From contig CAYFJI010000001.1 of the NCBI GenBank assembly GCA_964343365.1, forward strand, positions 31,102-95,101: a stretch of 64,000 nucleotides of DNA, read 5' to 3'. Positions within the stretch are counted from its first letter, which is position 1, and every line of letters begins with the position of its first letter. This document shows positions 30,443-39,303 of this stretch, in pieces. The notes beneath the pieces are model-generated. The model was not told where the DNA came from, ran no database searches, and saw only the letters and a list, made by a program, of their open reading frames with translations. Source of the DNA: an uncultured Acidiferrobacteraceae bacterium. Its GTDB lineage: Bacteria > Pseudomonadota > Gammaproteobacteria > Arenicellales > UBA868. The position numbers and the translations under genes were made by a program.

Positions 30443-31174
30443 TTATTTTTGCCAGAGTTGATCTAAATCTTCAAGGGTAATGCTAGGCTTTTCCGATTCT
30501 TTTTCAATGCATATCGTAATCATAAGAATATCCTGGGTAGGCGTTACTGCTTGAGGCGTGGGTTTATGACGATAACCATATACTTCCAGTGAATCACCGC
30601 TAGATATTAAGGTTTTAATAAATGTTTTCGCCTCTTTGATGTTAATGATGCAGTAAGGCATGATTGTTTCACCATCCCACTTGTTATCGAATGCAACTCT
30701 TAGATAAGAAACTTTTGGATTCTCAATTGTTTCTCCGGGGTGGATCCGAAGGTCAAAGACAATGTATTTACGGGAGATGGCATACATTTGTTCTATGATT
30801 TTTCTCCAGTGCAGTAAGTGATGCAGAACTCCAAAACAAAATACAAAATCCATTGTGCTATTGCTGAAGGGAATGTTGTAGCCATCGTAACAAGTAAAAA
30901 TTGCCTGTTCACCATATTTAATTTTTGCGAGCGCTACAAATTTTTCAGAAATATCGATACCATGGTATTTAATTTTTTTATTTTTTTGTGAGCAAAAAGC
31001 GTAGCCTCCCCCACAAGCACAGCCAATGTCTAAAACCGTTTCCACAGCTGAAAGGTGCTTAATAAGAAACCAACTTTCAGATTTTGATAGATCTTCTAGT
31101 GTGTTTCTATTTTTCGAGTAGTGGTATTCGCTACCACTCGTTACTTCGTAGCCGTTTTCAATATGTCTTAGCAT
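30443..31174 (-). CDS. Class I SAM-dependent methyltransferase
   Basis: Motif I is VLDIGCACGGG, followed by an acidic post-I residue (YHGIDIS). 243 aa. Confidence 0.7.
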   Translation of the reverse strand: MLRHIENGYEVTSGSEYHYSKNRNTLEDLSKSESWFLIKHLSAVETVLDIGCACGGGYAFCSQKNKKIKYHGIDISEKFVALAKIKYGEQAIFTCYDGYNIPFSNSTMDFVFCFGVLHHLLHWRKIIEQMYAISRKYIVFDLRIHPGETIENPKVSYLRVAFDNKWDGETIMPYCIINIKEAKTFIKTLISSGDSLEVYGYRHKPTPQAVTPTQDILMITICIEKESEKPSITLEDLDQLWQK

Positions 31175-31272
31175 TTTTTCAAGATCTAACCCCTAAAGAA
31201 TTAGGTAGCAAATATCAATATAGCAGACTTATGTGAACAGTGCGCTTAAGCGAAAATTTTTTCTTCCTATTG

Positions 31273-32763
31273 TCAAGATTGACTGCGTTTGCTATCTGCA
31301 GGTTGCGTAAGGTGTTTATAAATTCTTTCCGACACTTGATCACTCAGAAAACAATAATCACGGTCTAGATGACCTAATTCAGGAATTACTGAAGAATGCT
31401 GAATTTGTAAAACCTTATTTGCAAATTCTTGGTAAGAGGTAAGACTTAAGTCTTGGAGATCGCGAGTGACGAATTGATAATTTCGACCTCCGGGATTTAG
31501 AAAATACCCCAATCGACCATATCCTCTAAGCTCTATAACAACCGTTGACGCCCAAGAAACCGTTATACCCGATCGGAACGCATGCTCATAGGTATTTTCA
31601 CTCTCGGGAATGATCTGGACATTACTGTCTTTAAAAAAATCATCTTCAAATTGACCTTTATAACCGGGATGATGTTTGAATCCTAACCTCAAGTCGGAGT
31701 GTTTCAGAGATAAGGCATGCAACCATTTGAGATGCTCCATATAATCGTCAAGATTAGTGTCATAAGTATTCGTATAACGTAGTACTTCGGGGGTAGTGAA
31801 TCCGTTGCCGCCAATACAAATTACGTGCCATCTCACTTCCGGGTCGTTAGAAATAGATCCTACACTTGCCTCAAGAAAAAATGATCCAACTGGTTTAACA
31901 TTATCAAAATTAGCTCCTAGTTCGATGGCTGAATTAGCCGTTTTTAAGCCGTAGGTGAAGAAAATATCAGCGTCATAAAAAAATCCATTTGGTCCAAACT
32001 GATGAATATTTTTTTGAATCACAGCGGATATTTGGCCACCGTAAAGTTTAAATACATGATTTTTCACCGAATCGGTATGATAGTGTTGAAAGTTGATTAG
32101 GTATTTGGCCTTTTTATTTTGCAATAAACTTTTGTAAAAAAAGAACGAATCTATAATTTGCATGGCAATGTAGATTAAATTAGTGCCGATTTCACGAGAA
32201 ACTATTTTATGAAGCCGGAGTCCTGATATTAAAGCAAATATTTCCGAATTTTTTATGTGATAATTTCGGTAGCCATGACGCCAGCCTCGTCGAGCTTTAG
32301 TGATTATAGAAATATTAGGGAAGTCCAAAGGCAGGCCAAGAGTGGAAACAACACACACATTGCGAACTCCAAATAGTTGGATCAATTTCTTATATCTAAG
32401 TAAATGAATGGTAGTTTCAACTTCGATTAAGAGATGATAGTTTTCTGGATCGTTTTTTTTTGTCTCTCTAAACCCATATATGTAAGCTAAGTACCCCAGA
32501 TAGACTAGCTGTGCTCTGGGGATACATTCTGTCAACAAATTCTCTTTAAATCCCTTGCGGTCAATATAGTCAACTCCTTCAGCTAGCTTCCTCATCAAAA
32601 ATTGCTTTACGACAGGTTTAGGCAGGTCAAAATTTTCATCAAACCAGTTATACCAAGGCTCTAAAGCGTCTTGCGCGGCAAATTCTTGGATAAACAGATG
32701 TAGCTCTCTTATGGATTCGTTAATCGACTTTTTCCTATCATGCCTATAGTCTTTAAAATCCAT
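31273..32763 (-). CDS. Hypothetical protein (496 aa), possibly a GT-B-like transferase
   Basis: A long uninterrupted ORF inside an operon-like array. I recognise no signature motif. The C-terminal half shows a motif order (QHYH ... DIFFTYG ... HHPG ... SWASTVVIEL) shared with the 464-aa orphan at 51732-53123. Confidence 0.55.
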   Translation of the reverse strand: MDFKDYRHDRKKSINESIRELHLFIQEFAAQDALEPWYNWFDENFDLPKPVVKQFLMRKLAEGVDYIDRKGFKENLLTECIPRAQLVYLGYLAYIYGFRETKKNDPENYHLLIEVETTIHLLRYKKLIQLFGVRNVCVVSTLGLPLDFPNISIITKARRGWRHGYRNYHIKNSEIFALISGLRLHKIVSREIGTNLIYIAMQIIDSFFFYKSLLQNKKAKYLINFQHYHTDSVKNHVFKLYGGQISAVIQKNIHQFGPNGFFYDADIFFTYGLKTANSAIELGANFDNVKPVGSFFLEASVGSISNDPEVRWHVICIGGNGFTTPEVLRYTNTYDTNLDDYMEHLKWLHALSLKHSDLRLGFKHHPGYKGQFEDDFFKDSNVQIIPESENTYEHAFRSGITVSWASTVVIELRGYGRLGYFLNPGGRNYQFVTRDLQDLSLTSYQEFANKVLQIQHSSVIPELGHLDRDYCFLSDQVSERIYKHLTQPADSKRSQS

Positions 32764-32776
32764 TGAAACAGGGCAA

Positions 32777-33457
32777 TCAGTTATCAGATATTTTATGTTG
32801 GTGTATTAACTCACAAAGTTCAAAATCTTCCTCAGAGTCAATATCCCACGATATTATTTGATCCAGTAAATAAAAGTTTGGGTTAGAGCCCACCAGTGTC
32901 GCCTGCTTAATCAAATCTTCGCGTTTTCGTATGCTGATGGCAAAACTTAAAATAATAGCCGGATCAAGATCCTGAGAGCGGGGCCAAGGATAAGCCTTAA
33001 AATTCAATGGTTGATTCTTCCAAAAAATATTACTACGAATCTCATAGGCTGAAAGAAGACAGTCAAAACTATCTGACATCGAATCATATTGTTTAAGTGC
33101 TTCGGTGTACGCTGCACTAGTTACCAGGGGATTTGTTACATTTATCCAAGCAATGTGGTCGCCCGAGATAGAGTTTCCAATATAGGAATACACTTCACTC
33201 ATTGGTACTTCGCTAGTTGAATAATCAGGATCTCTCACATGAGTTTCGTAGCCATTTTCACTTGCTATTTTTAAGATCCTCTCATCTTCTGATGAGACAA
33301 TAATTGAAGAAAATCCCTCGGCATCCTTAAGTTGCTCCAGCTTTAGTTTAAGCAAGTTGGTTCCAGAGAAATGGCGAATGTTCTTTTGATGTACGCGATC
33401 TGATTCACCTTTTACTGGAATCAGACCGACAATCTCTTTCTTCATACTAGTACTCAA
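32777..33457 (-). CDS. Cytidylyltransferase, acylneuraminate cytidylyltransferase (NeuA/KdsB-like) family
   Basis: N-terminal GLIPVKGESDRVHQKNI (compare IPARGGSKRIPxKNI), then SSEDERI ... NVTNPL, collinear with CMP-sugar synthetases. Confidence 0.65.
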   Translation of the reverse strand: MSTSMKKEIVGLIPVKGESDRVHQKNIRHFSGTNLLKLKLEQLKDAEGFSSIIVSSEDERILKIASENGYETHVRDPDYSTSEVPMSEVYSYIGNSISGDHIAWINVTNPLVTSAAYTEALKQYDSMSDSFDCLLSAYEIRSNIFWKNQPLNFKAYPWPRSQDLDPAIILSFAISIRKREDLIKQATLVGSNPNFYLLDQIISWDIDSEEDFELCELIHQHKISDN

Positions 33458-33477
33458 TTACTGGTTCGGTAAAATTA

Positions 33478-34977
33478 CTATTTGGTTAGAGCGTATTTTC
33501 TATCACCACTTGAGTTTTTTCCACTCATCGAAAACGCTTGATATTTTTCGCGACTCGCTTTTCTTCGCTCTCGGCCAAGGTCGTTTAATTCTTGATTGAG
33601 ATTTTCTGCTTCCAATTTGAGCTGATCGGGTGCGATGTCGTGTGGAACTATATTGACATTAGTATATGTCATCCGCGTTACTTTAAAGTTGGGAACGAAA
33701 AGGTTGTTTTCTTTAACCAGATCCCAAATAGGTGTTCCTGGTAAAGGTTGAGTGAGAGAAACAGAATAGCTGTCAGCATCCATCTTTCGGGCAAAATTAG
33801 CAGTCGCTTCACGCAGAATCTTTGTTTCAAAGGGAAATCCCATCATAAAATTTGCATGAACCAGTAGACCTTCATCATGTGCAATTTGACAGGTAGCTAA
33901 TACTTCTGAATGATCGAGTCGTTTCTTAGTTACTTCGTTCAGAAAATCCTGATCACCGTGTTCCACAGATATGGCAAATTGTTCAAAGCCTGCCGAAGCC
34001 ATTGCTCGGTACATTTTTGCCCTCTTGCCTCTATTGACAGGCATGTCAGCTCTTACTGCGTTCGGTAATGTAATTCTAAGATTGAATTCAGCGATTCGTT
34101 GGCAGATATCAATTACCCTTTTATAGTTTACCGTGAAATTATCGTCTAATATTTGAAGTTCCTTAATATTAAATTTTGTTATCAATTTTTCTACTAGTTC
34201 AGCAACCCGCACCGCAGAAAGCGCACGAAACGCGTTGCCGGTGAATTCGGGACTGGTGCAGAAATAACAGTGTTCTGGACATCCTCTCGATGTCATGATG
34301 CTACCAACCCTACCTGATTTCACAAATGGATTGTGGGGCATTCCAATCTCAAAATATCGCTCCATCGGAAATAAATGGAAAGCAGGATCAGGCAAATCAT
34401 CTAATTTTTTATTAAATGCTGGAGATGGATTTGAAATAATTTTTTTATTTTTTCGGTATACTAGTCCGTCCACATCAAAATAGTTTTGCCCTGAAAAATA
34501 CTTGTCCGAGAATTCTAAAAAGGTGTATTCCGCTTCGCCTTTCAACACGAAATCTATACAAGTTACTTCCCTCATAATGTCGACCGCGGTGTTTGAAGCG
34601 TGGTTTCCTCCCATCAGTAAAGGCGTATTAGGAAATCTTTTCTTTAGGCCGTTGGCAACCGAGAATGCACACTCAGTCATTGACGAAAAAAGGGAAGTGA
34701 TTCCAATTAGATCAGGGTCAAAATTTTCTAATCGACGGACAATGTTTTCGGTTTCTAATCCATATTGAACAAAGTTTGGGTCATCATTAAGCTCAACAAT
34801 TGTGTCGTATCCTTCGACTACCGCATCGATGCATAGAACATTACCAGCATAGCCATTTTCTTCGAGCACTGCAGCAAGGTATGCCATTCCTAGAGGTGGC
34901 TGAGCTTTCCTCACTTGGTTTTTATCACTGATGACTTGAGGAGAAACCAGAGCTATTCGTCGGTTTGCGTTGTCCAT
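33478..34977 (-). CDS. B12-binding-domain radical SAM enzyme (class B)
   Basis: An N-terminal Rossmann-like cobalamin-binding region (IALVSP...LGMAYLAAVL...IGITS) and a radical SAM CxxxCxxC (SRGCPEHCYFC). 499 aa. Confidence 0.85.
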   Translation of the reverse strand: MDNANRRIALVSPQVISDKNQVRKAQPPLGMAYLAAVLEENGYAGNVLCIDAVVEGYDTIVELNDDPNFVQYGLETENIVRRLENFDPDLIGITSLFSSMTECAFSVANGLKKRFPNTPLLMGGNHASNTAVDIMREVTCIDFVLKGEAEYTFLEFSDKYFSGQNYFDVDGLVYRKNKKIISNPSPAFNKKLDDLPDPAFHLFPMERYFEIGMPHNPFVKSGRVGSIMTSRGCPEHCYFCTSPEFTGNAFRALSAVRVAELVEKLITKFNIKELQILDDNFTVNYKRVIDICQRIAEFNLRITLPNAVRADMPVNRGKRAKMYRAMASAGFEQFAISVEHGDQDFLNEVTKKRLDHSEVLATCQIAHDEGLLVHANFMMGFPFETKILREATANFARKMDADSYSVSLTQPLPGTPIWDLVKENNLFVPNFKVTRMTYTNVNIVPHDIAPDQLKLEAENLNQELNDLGRERRKASREKYQAFSMSGKNSSGDRKYALTK

Positions 34978-35049
34978 AATCCTTATTTAACCATTTGATT
35001 CATAGCTCAACCATAGGCTAGAGGAAAAATTATCGAAAATTTGCCGGTT

Positions 35050-35961
35050 TTACGGTAATTTTTGAGTCGATGCCGAATTTGTTGTACTAACTAGTGATAG
35101 AAAAATACCCACGCTGATGATGACAGCTATCCCTGCCCATGCCCAGGTATCAGGTAGGTCACCAAAAATCCAGTATCCTAAAACTGCCTGCATGATGATT
35201 TCCGTATAGAGATAGGGTGCCAAAAGTGAGGCTTCCGCAAATTCAAATGAACGAATCAGGAGTAGATGCCCCATCGCGCCTGTTAATGCCATGGTCACCA
35301 TTAGTATAAAGTCAGTGTATGTTGGTGTTATCCAAAACCAGGGTATCAGCAAGGTCATGACTACGAAGCCTCCTACAGATTGATAAGAGAGCGTAACCAA
35401 TGGTGGAGCTTGACCAGCTAAGAAGCGAGTTGAGAGAATGTAAAGAGCAAAAAAAGTAGCGGCTGCAAGAGCCAGCAGAGAAGCCCAGTGAAATCCATCT
35501 AAACCGGGACGTACAATCATTAGGACGCCAATTAAGCCGAAGCCTGATGCTAGCCATCGATTTGTTGGGATTTTTTCTTTTAGAAATAGCGCGGATAGAG
35601 CTACTAAGATTACCGCATCAAAGAATATGATAGCTATCGCGTTTGCTAGAGGAATGAATTTTATTGATCCCCAAAAACAGGCAGTGCACGCTAAAAGAAG
35701 CAATCCCCTAGTTGTTTGCAAAACTGGTCTTTCCGTGATGAAAGACTTTGGTCCATGTCGCCACAGAGCCAAAGGCGCGATAACTATGAAGTGGAAAAAA
35801 AACCTTGCCCAAACGAGTTGCATTATCGAGTATTGGTCGCTCAATGATTTGGCAATTGCATCCATAATAGGAACAATTAGCATTGCTATAACAAGCAAGA
35901 CGATACCAACGATTTGTTTTTTTTGTGTTGAAGAGTGATCCATGGATGTATGATTTTTCAC
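35050..35961 (-). CDS. DMT-superfamily (EamA-type) transporter
   Basis: About 10 predicted TM helices arranged as two EamA-like halves. 303 aa. Confidence 0.8.
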   Translation of the reverse strand: MKNHTSMDHSSTQKKQIVGIVLLVIAMLIVPIMDAIAKSLSDQYSIMQLVWARFFFHFIVIAPLALWRHGPKSFITERPVLQTTRGLLLLACTACFWGSIKFIPLANAIAIIFFDAVILVALSALFLKEKIPTNRWLASGFGLIGVLMIVRPGLDGFHWASLLALAAATFFALYILSTRFLAGQAPPLVTLSYQSVGGFVVMTLLIPWFWITPTYTDFILMVTMALTGAMGHLLLIRSFEFAEASLLAPYLYTEIIMQAVLGYWIFGDLPDTWAWAGIAVIISVGIFLSLVSTTNSASTQKLP

Positions 35962-36078
35962 ATCAAATTTGGTTTACAGATACTCTCTGTTCATGAAGTT
36001 ACTCAAATTAGCTTTTAAACTATGTCTTACAAAAATGTTCGCAAGTTAAGTTAAACAAATAGAGGGTGGATTAAGAAT

Positions 36079-37128
36079 TTAGACTTCGCTCAGATTTGGC
36101 ACTTCATCACTAAGCTTATAAACTTTTTTCCATTTTTCGTCTGCGCAATAGATTTTGTAAACTAATTCCATCGTATGCAAAGCTTCTTCTGCAGATCCGT
36201 TGATGATTTTTTCATTATTTATAATAGCCTCAGAAAATTCTTCTATCTCACGTTCCCAGGACGGGTCACTGGTATAACGCTTTGCAATTTCCATAGGGCT
36301 ACCGGAATCTTGCTCTGATTGGTGGATTATTGTAATAGTTTCAGCACCATAACTACGTGTGCCGGTTAATAATCCAGCTAGAACGATGGCGCCTTTTTCA
36401 AGAGTAATTTCGAGATTGAAACGGTGCTGCCATTGCGTTGCAGAGGAGTGTAGCATTGCAACGATCCCATCGTCAGTCCGCATAATAGCGTATGCATTGT
36501 CTTCAACGTCATGATTCCAGTAGTTGTTCGATATAAAACTGAATACTTCAGTAAATTCACCTGCAAAAAGCCTCATGAGGTCGACCATGTGAATGCCTTG
36601 ATCCAAAAGAATTCCACCGCCTGCAATTGATCGCTGAGTTCTCCACTCTGAAGCGAAGTTAATTATGGCAGATTTACCATAAACTCCCCTTAAGTTGACT
36701 ACTTTTCCAAGAGTGCCGCTTTTAACGAGTTGAAAAGCTTCGACTACCGAATCATGATAGCGGTGGTTAAAGCCATATTTTAACTGTAAGTTTGGGTGTT
36801 TTTTTTGGCATCGGATTACCTTCGCAATGTCATTCAAATTTTGACCAGGTGGTTTTTCGCAAAAAACATGAAGACCTCGTTTTAAACCTGCAATAGTAGC
36901 AGCCGATGCGACATCATTACTGAGACATACAAATAAGACATCAAGTTCTTCTTTGAGTAGTTCTTCATAGTCCACAAAAGATTTAATGCCAGGTTCTGCT
37001 AACGCAGATTCTCTAAATTTTCGGTCGGACACAGCAATGGTTTTGAAAGTCGAAGTTTTGTCAACATACTTTCTACGTAATTGGCCAACGACACCATATC
37101 CTGCAAAACCTACGCGAAGTTTTCTCAT
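36079..37128 (-). CDS. Gfo/Idh/MocA-family NAD(P)-dependent oxidoreductase
   Basis: An N-terminal Rossmann motif (VGFAGYGVVG), the EKP motif (FCEKPPG) and GFNHRYH, typical of the family. Confidence 0.85.
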   Translation of the reverse strand: MRKLRVGFAGYGVVGQLRRKYVDKTSTFKTIAVSDRKFRESALAEPGIKSFVDYEELLKEELDVLFVCLSNDVASAATIAGLKRGLHVFCEKPPGQNLNDIAKVIRCQKKHPNLQLKYGFNHRYHDSVVEAFQLVKSGTLGKVVNLRGVYGKSAIINFASEWRTQRSIAGGGILLDQGIHMVDLMRLFAGEFTEVFSFISNNYWNHDVEDNAYAIMRTDDGIVAMLHSSATQWQHRFNLEITLEKGAIVLAGLLTGTRSYGAETITIIHQSEQDSGSPMEIAKRYTSDPSWEREIEEFSEAIINNEKIINGSAEEALHTMELVYKIYCADEKWKKVYKLSDEVPNLSEV

Positions 37129-37178
37129 GACAGTAGTACGATTGTGTAAATTTTTTGTTATAAATTTGTAGTGGGCAG

Positions 37179-37496
37179 TTAGTTGTGTCCGCTAATCGCG
37201 GCATGCAACGGCTTTGTCTTCTCGAAAATTTCTTTCTGTTCCGTGCTAGCCTCTGTTTGATTTTTCTGTTTCCATTCGTGAAAAGGCATCCCGTATATCA
37301 TCTTGCGCGCCGCATCGTAGTCTAAATCGATATTGTTTTCTTCAGCGCTAACATGAAGCCATTTAGAAAGGCAGTTTCTACAGAAGCCAGCAAGATTCAT
37401 TAAGTCTATATTTTGTACGTCATTTCGATGTTGTAGATGTTTTACAAGGCTCCGAAAGGCAGCAGCTTCGATTTTGGTTTGTGCTTCTATTTCCAT
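37179..37496 (-). CDS. DUF1244-family small protein
   Basis: 105 aa. AAAFRSLVKHLQHRNDVQNIDLMNLAGFCRNCLSKW matches my recollection of DUF1244. Confidence 0.6.
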   Translation of the reverse strand: MEIEAQTKIEAAAFRSLVKHLQHRNDVQNIDLMNLAGFCRNCLSKWLHVSAEENNIDLDYDAARKMIYGMPFHEWKQKNQTEASTEQKEIFEKTKPLHAAISGHN

Positions 37497-37525
37497 AATG
37501 GTTTCCTCAATTGGATGTTTGTTGT

Positions 37526-39025
37526 CTAGCGCTCAAACGATTCTTTTTGTGCTGCTGAGCTAAGTGGAACAAGAAACTGCAGTGGGTCAGGGGTTATTTT
37601 CTGACGGGCGTCTTCTAAGCTTTTGCTGCCTGCGTAACTTACAGAGGATCGAAGATGCCCACGGATTCTATGCAGTATATCGATTACACTTCCTTTATAT
37701 GGGACTTGTATTTCCTGTCCTTCCGCTGGGGTGTCTAGCATTTCTTGATCAATTTGATTTCCGGATGTTTCATATAAAGATTGTAGGACAGCCTCAGGAG
37801 AAGTCATTCCTCGATAGATCTTCTTTTTAGCTTGCGTTGCGGGATCTACTATTAATTTTCCAGGAGCTTCATCTGTTCCTGACAGGGCGCTACCTAACAT
37901 GACAGTATCAGCGCCACAAGCCAGTGCTAGGAAAATGTCTTTGTCGAACTGAATGCCACCATCTGCAATTACTGTAATTTTACCACCGACCTCAGCCCAC
38001 ACTTCCCGAATAGCCTGTAATTGTGGAATTCCAGCTGCCGTTTCTAATCGGGTACGACATCCCCTGCCAGGACCGACGCCAACTTTTACTCCATCGACGC
38101 CCAGTTGCATCATAAATTTGGCAGCTTCACCTGTAGCCACGTTTCCGGAAATAAGGGGTGTATCAGGAAATCGCTCTTTTATTTTTTTTACACCATATTC
38201 AAGTACCTTGGAATGTCCATGTGCAATGTCAACAAAAAAACAGTCCACTCCTGAGGTCACCAATTCTTGCGCTCTTTCTAGATAATCCCCAGTACATCCA
38301 ATTGCGGCTGCTGCTAAGAGGCGCCCTTTGATATCTTTGCTGGCATATGGTCGTTCTCGCAGAAAGCGTAGATCTTTTCGAGTAATTAAGCCTAGGATAT
38401 TTTTTTTATTGTCAATAAGAGGTAGACGTTCAATTCGACCTTCAAACATTAATCTATCGGCATCATCAATGCCAACATCGTACGGAGCAGTTTTTAGTTT
38501 CTCAAGAGGGGTCATAAAATTCTCTACAGATAAATTGTCGGATGTACTCTGCCATGGCATGTCACGTCTTGTAAGTACGCCGGCAAGTATATTGCTTCCA
38601 GGCTCAGTTTCTATCAGGATCCCATTGATATTATGTTTTTTGCAAAACGTTCGTGCTTCGCCAATAGTGGCACGCAAGGGCAAACAAAGTGGGTTATCAA
38701 TAACGGCGCTGTGACTACGCTTAACTTCTGTAACAATGTCAGCTTGTTTCTGAATTGATTGACCTCGGTGAATCACTCCAAGGCCTCCCTCAAGTGCCAT
38801 AGTCTCGGCCATGCTACCATTAGTTACACTGTCCATATTTGAAGAGATTATAGGTAGCTCGAGGTTTGTCCCAGCGACTAATGATGAAGTTAAAGAAATC
38901 TTGGATCTCGACTTTGCGATCCCTTCTTGGGGGCGAAAAAGGAAATCATCAAATGTTTTTCCGATCCAGGCCGGATTCAAAAAGCTTTGCTTCATATTTT
39001 TATCACCATTCTTGTGTCCCTTCAC
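37526..39025 (-). CDS. IMP dehydrogenase/GMP reductase-family protein with a CBS pair; divergent paralogue
   Basis: TFDDFLFRPQ, a CBS-pair insert, a TIM-barrel core (FVDIAHGHS, GNVAT) and a catalytic-loop Cys in an unusual context (GVGPGRGCRTR versus the canonical GIGPGSICTTR). The likely start is the ATG at 38995 (MKQSF...) rather than 39025. Confidence 0.8.
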   Translation of the reverse strand: MKGHKNGDKNMKQSFLNPAWIGKTFDDFLFRPQEGIAKSRSKISLTSSLVAGTNLELPIISSNMDSVTNGSMAETMALEGGLGVIHRGQSIQKQADIVTEVKRSHSAVIDNPLCLPLRATIGEARTFCKKHNINGILIETEPGSNILAGVLTRRDMPWQSTSDNLSVENFMTPLEKLKTAPYDVGIDDADRLMFEGRIERLPLIDNKKNILGLITRKDLRFLRERPYASKDIKGRLLAAAAIGCTGDYLERAQELVTSGVDCFFVDIAHGHSKVLEYGVKKIKERFPDTPLISGNVATGEAAKFMMQLGVDGVKVGVGPGRGCRTRLETAAGIPQLQAIREVWAEVGGKITVIADGGIQFDKDIFLALACGADTVMLGSALSGTDEAPGKLIVDPATQAKKKIYRGMTSPEAVLQSLYETSGNQIDQEMLDTPAEGQEIQVPYKGSVIDILHRIRGHLRSSVSYAGSKSLEDARQKITPDPLQFLVPLSSAAQKESFER

Positions 39026-39303
39026 TTTTCGGAAATTTATCGCGCAACGGCGATAGTATCAAGATATGGCTTACAACTGGTAAATTATTAAGAAAGTCGA
39101 AGGAGCCACTAATCGGTTTTTTTGGCTGAAATCTTTAAAGGTATCTCCTACGTATAGCCTATTTGACCTTTTTTATTTTTTAAAAAGATTATTGAAACAC
39201 ATGGGTAGTGATTTTTTCTCTGACTGGAGGGCCTCACGACCGAGACTCCTAAGTTTTTTGTTTAAGAGATGACTTGTGTGTAATGAATGATAAGGATAAA
39301 TAA

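Noticed and set aside
28234-34977. A phosphonate (fosfomycin-like) biosynthetic cluster, suggested by the cytidylyltransferase plus B12-radical-SAM pairing.
   Set aside because: No PEP mutase or phosphonopyruvate decarboxylase is present in the island. The only ThDP enzyme in the window is 14 kb away in a core context. Only the nucleotide-handle logic is retained as a hypothesis.
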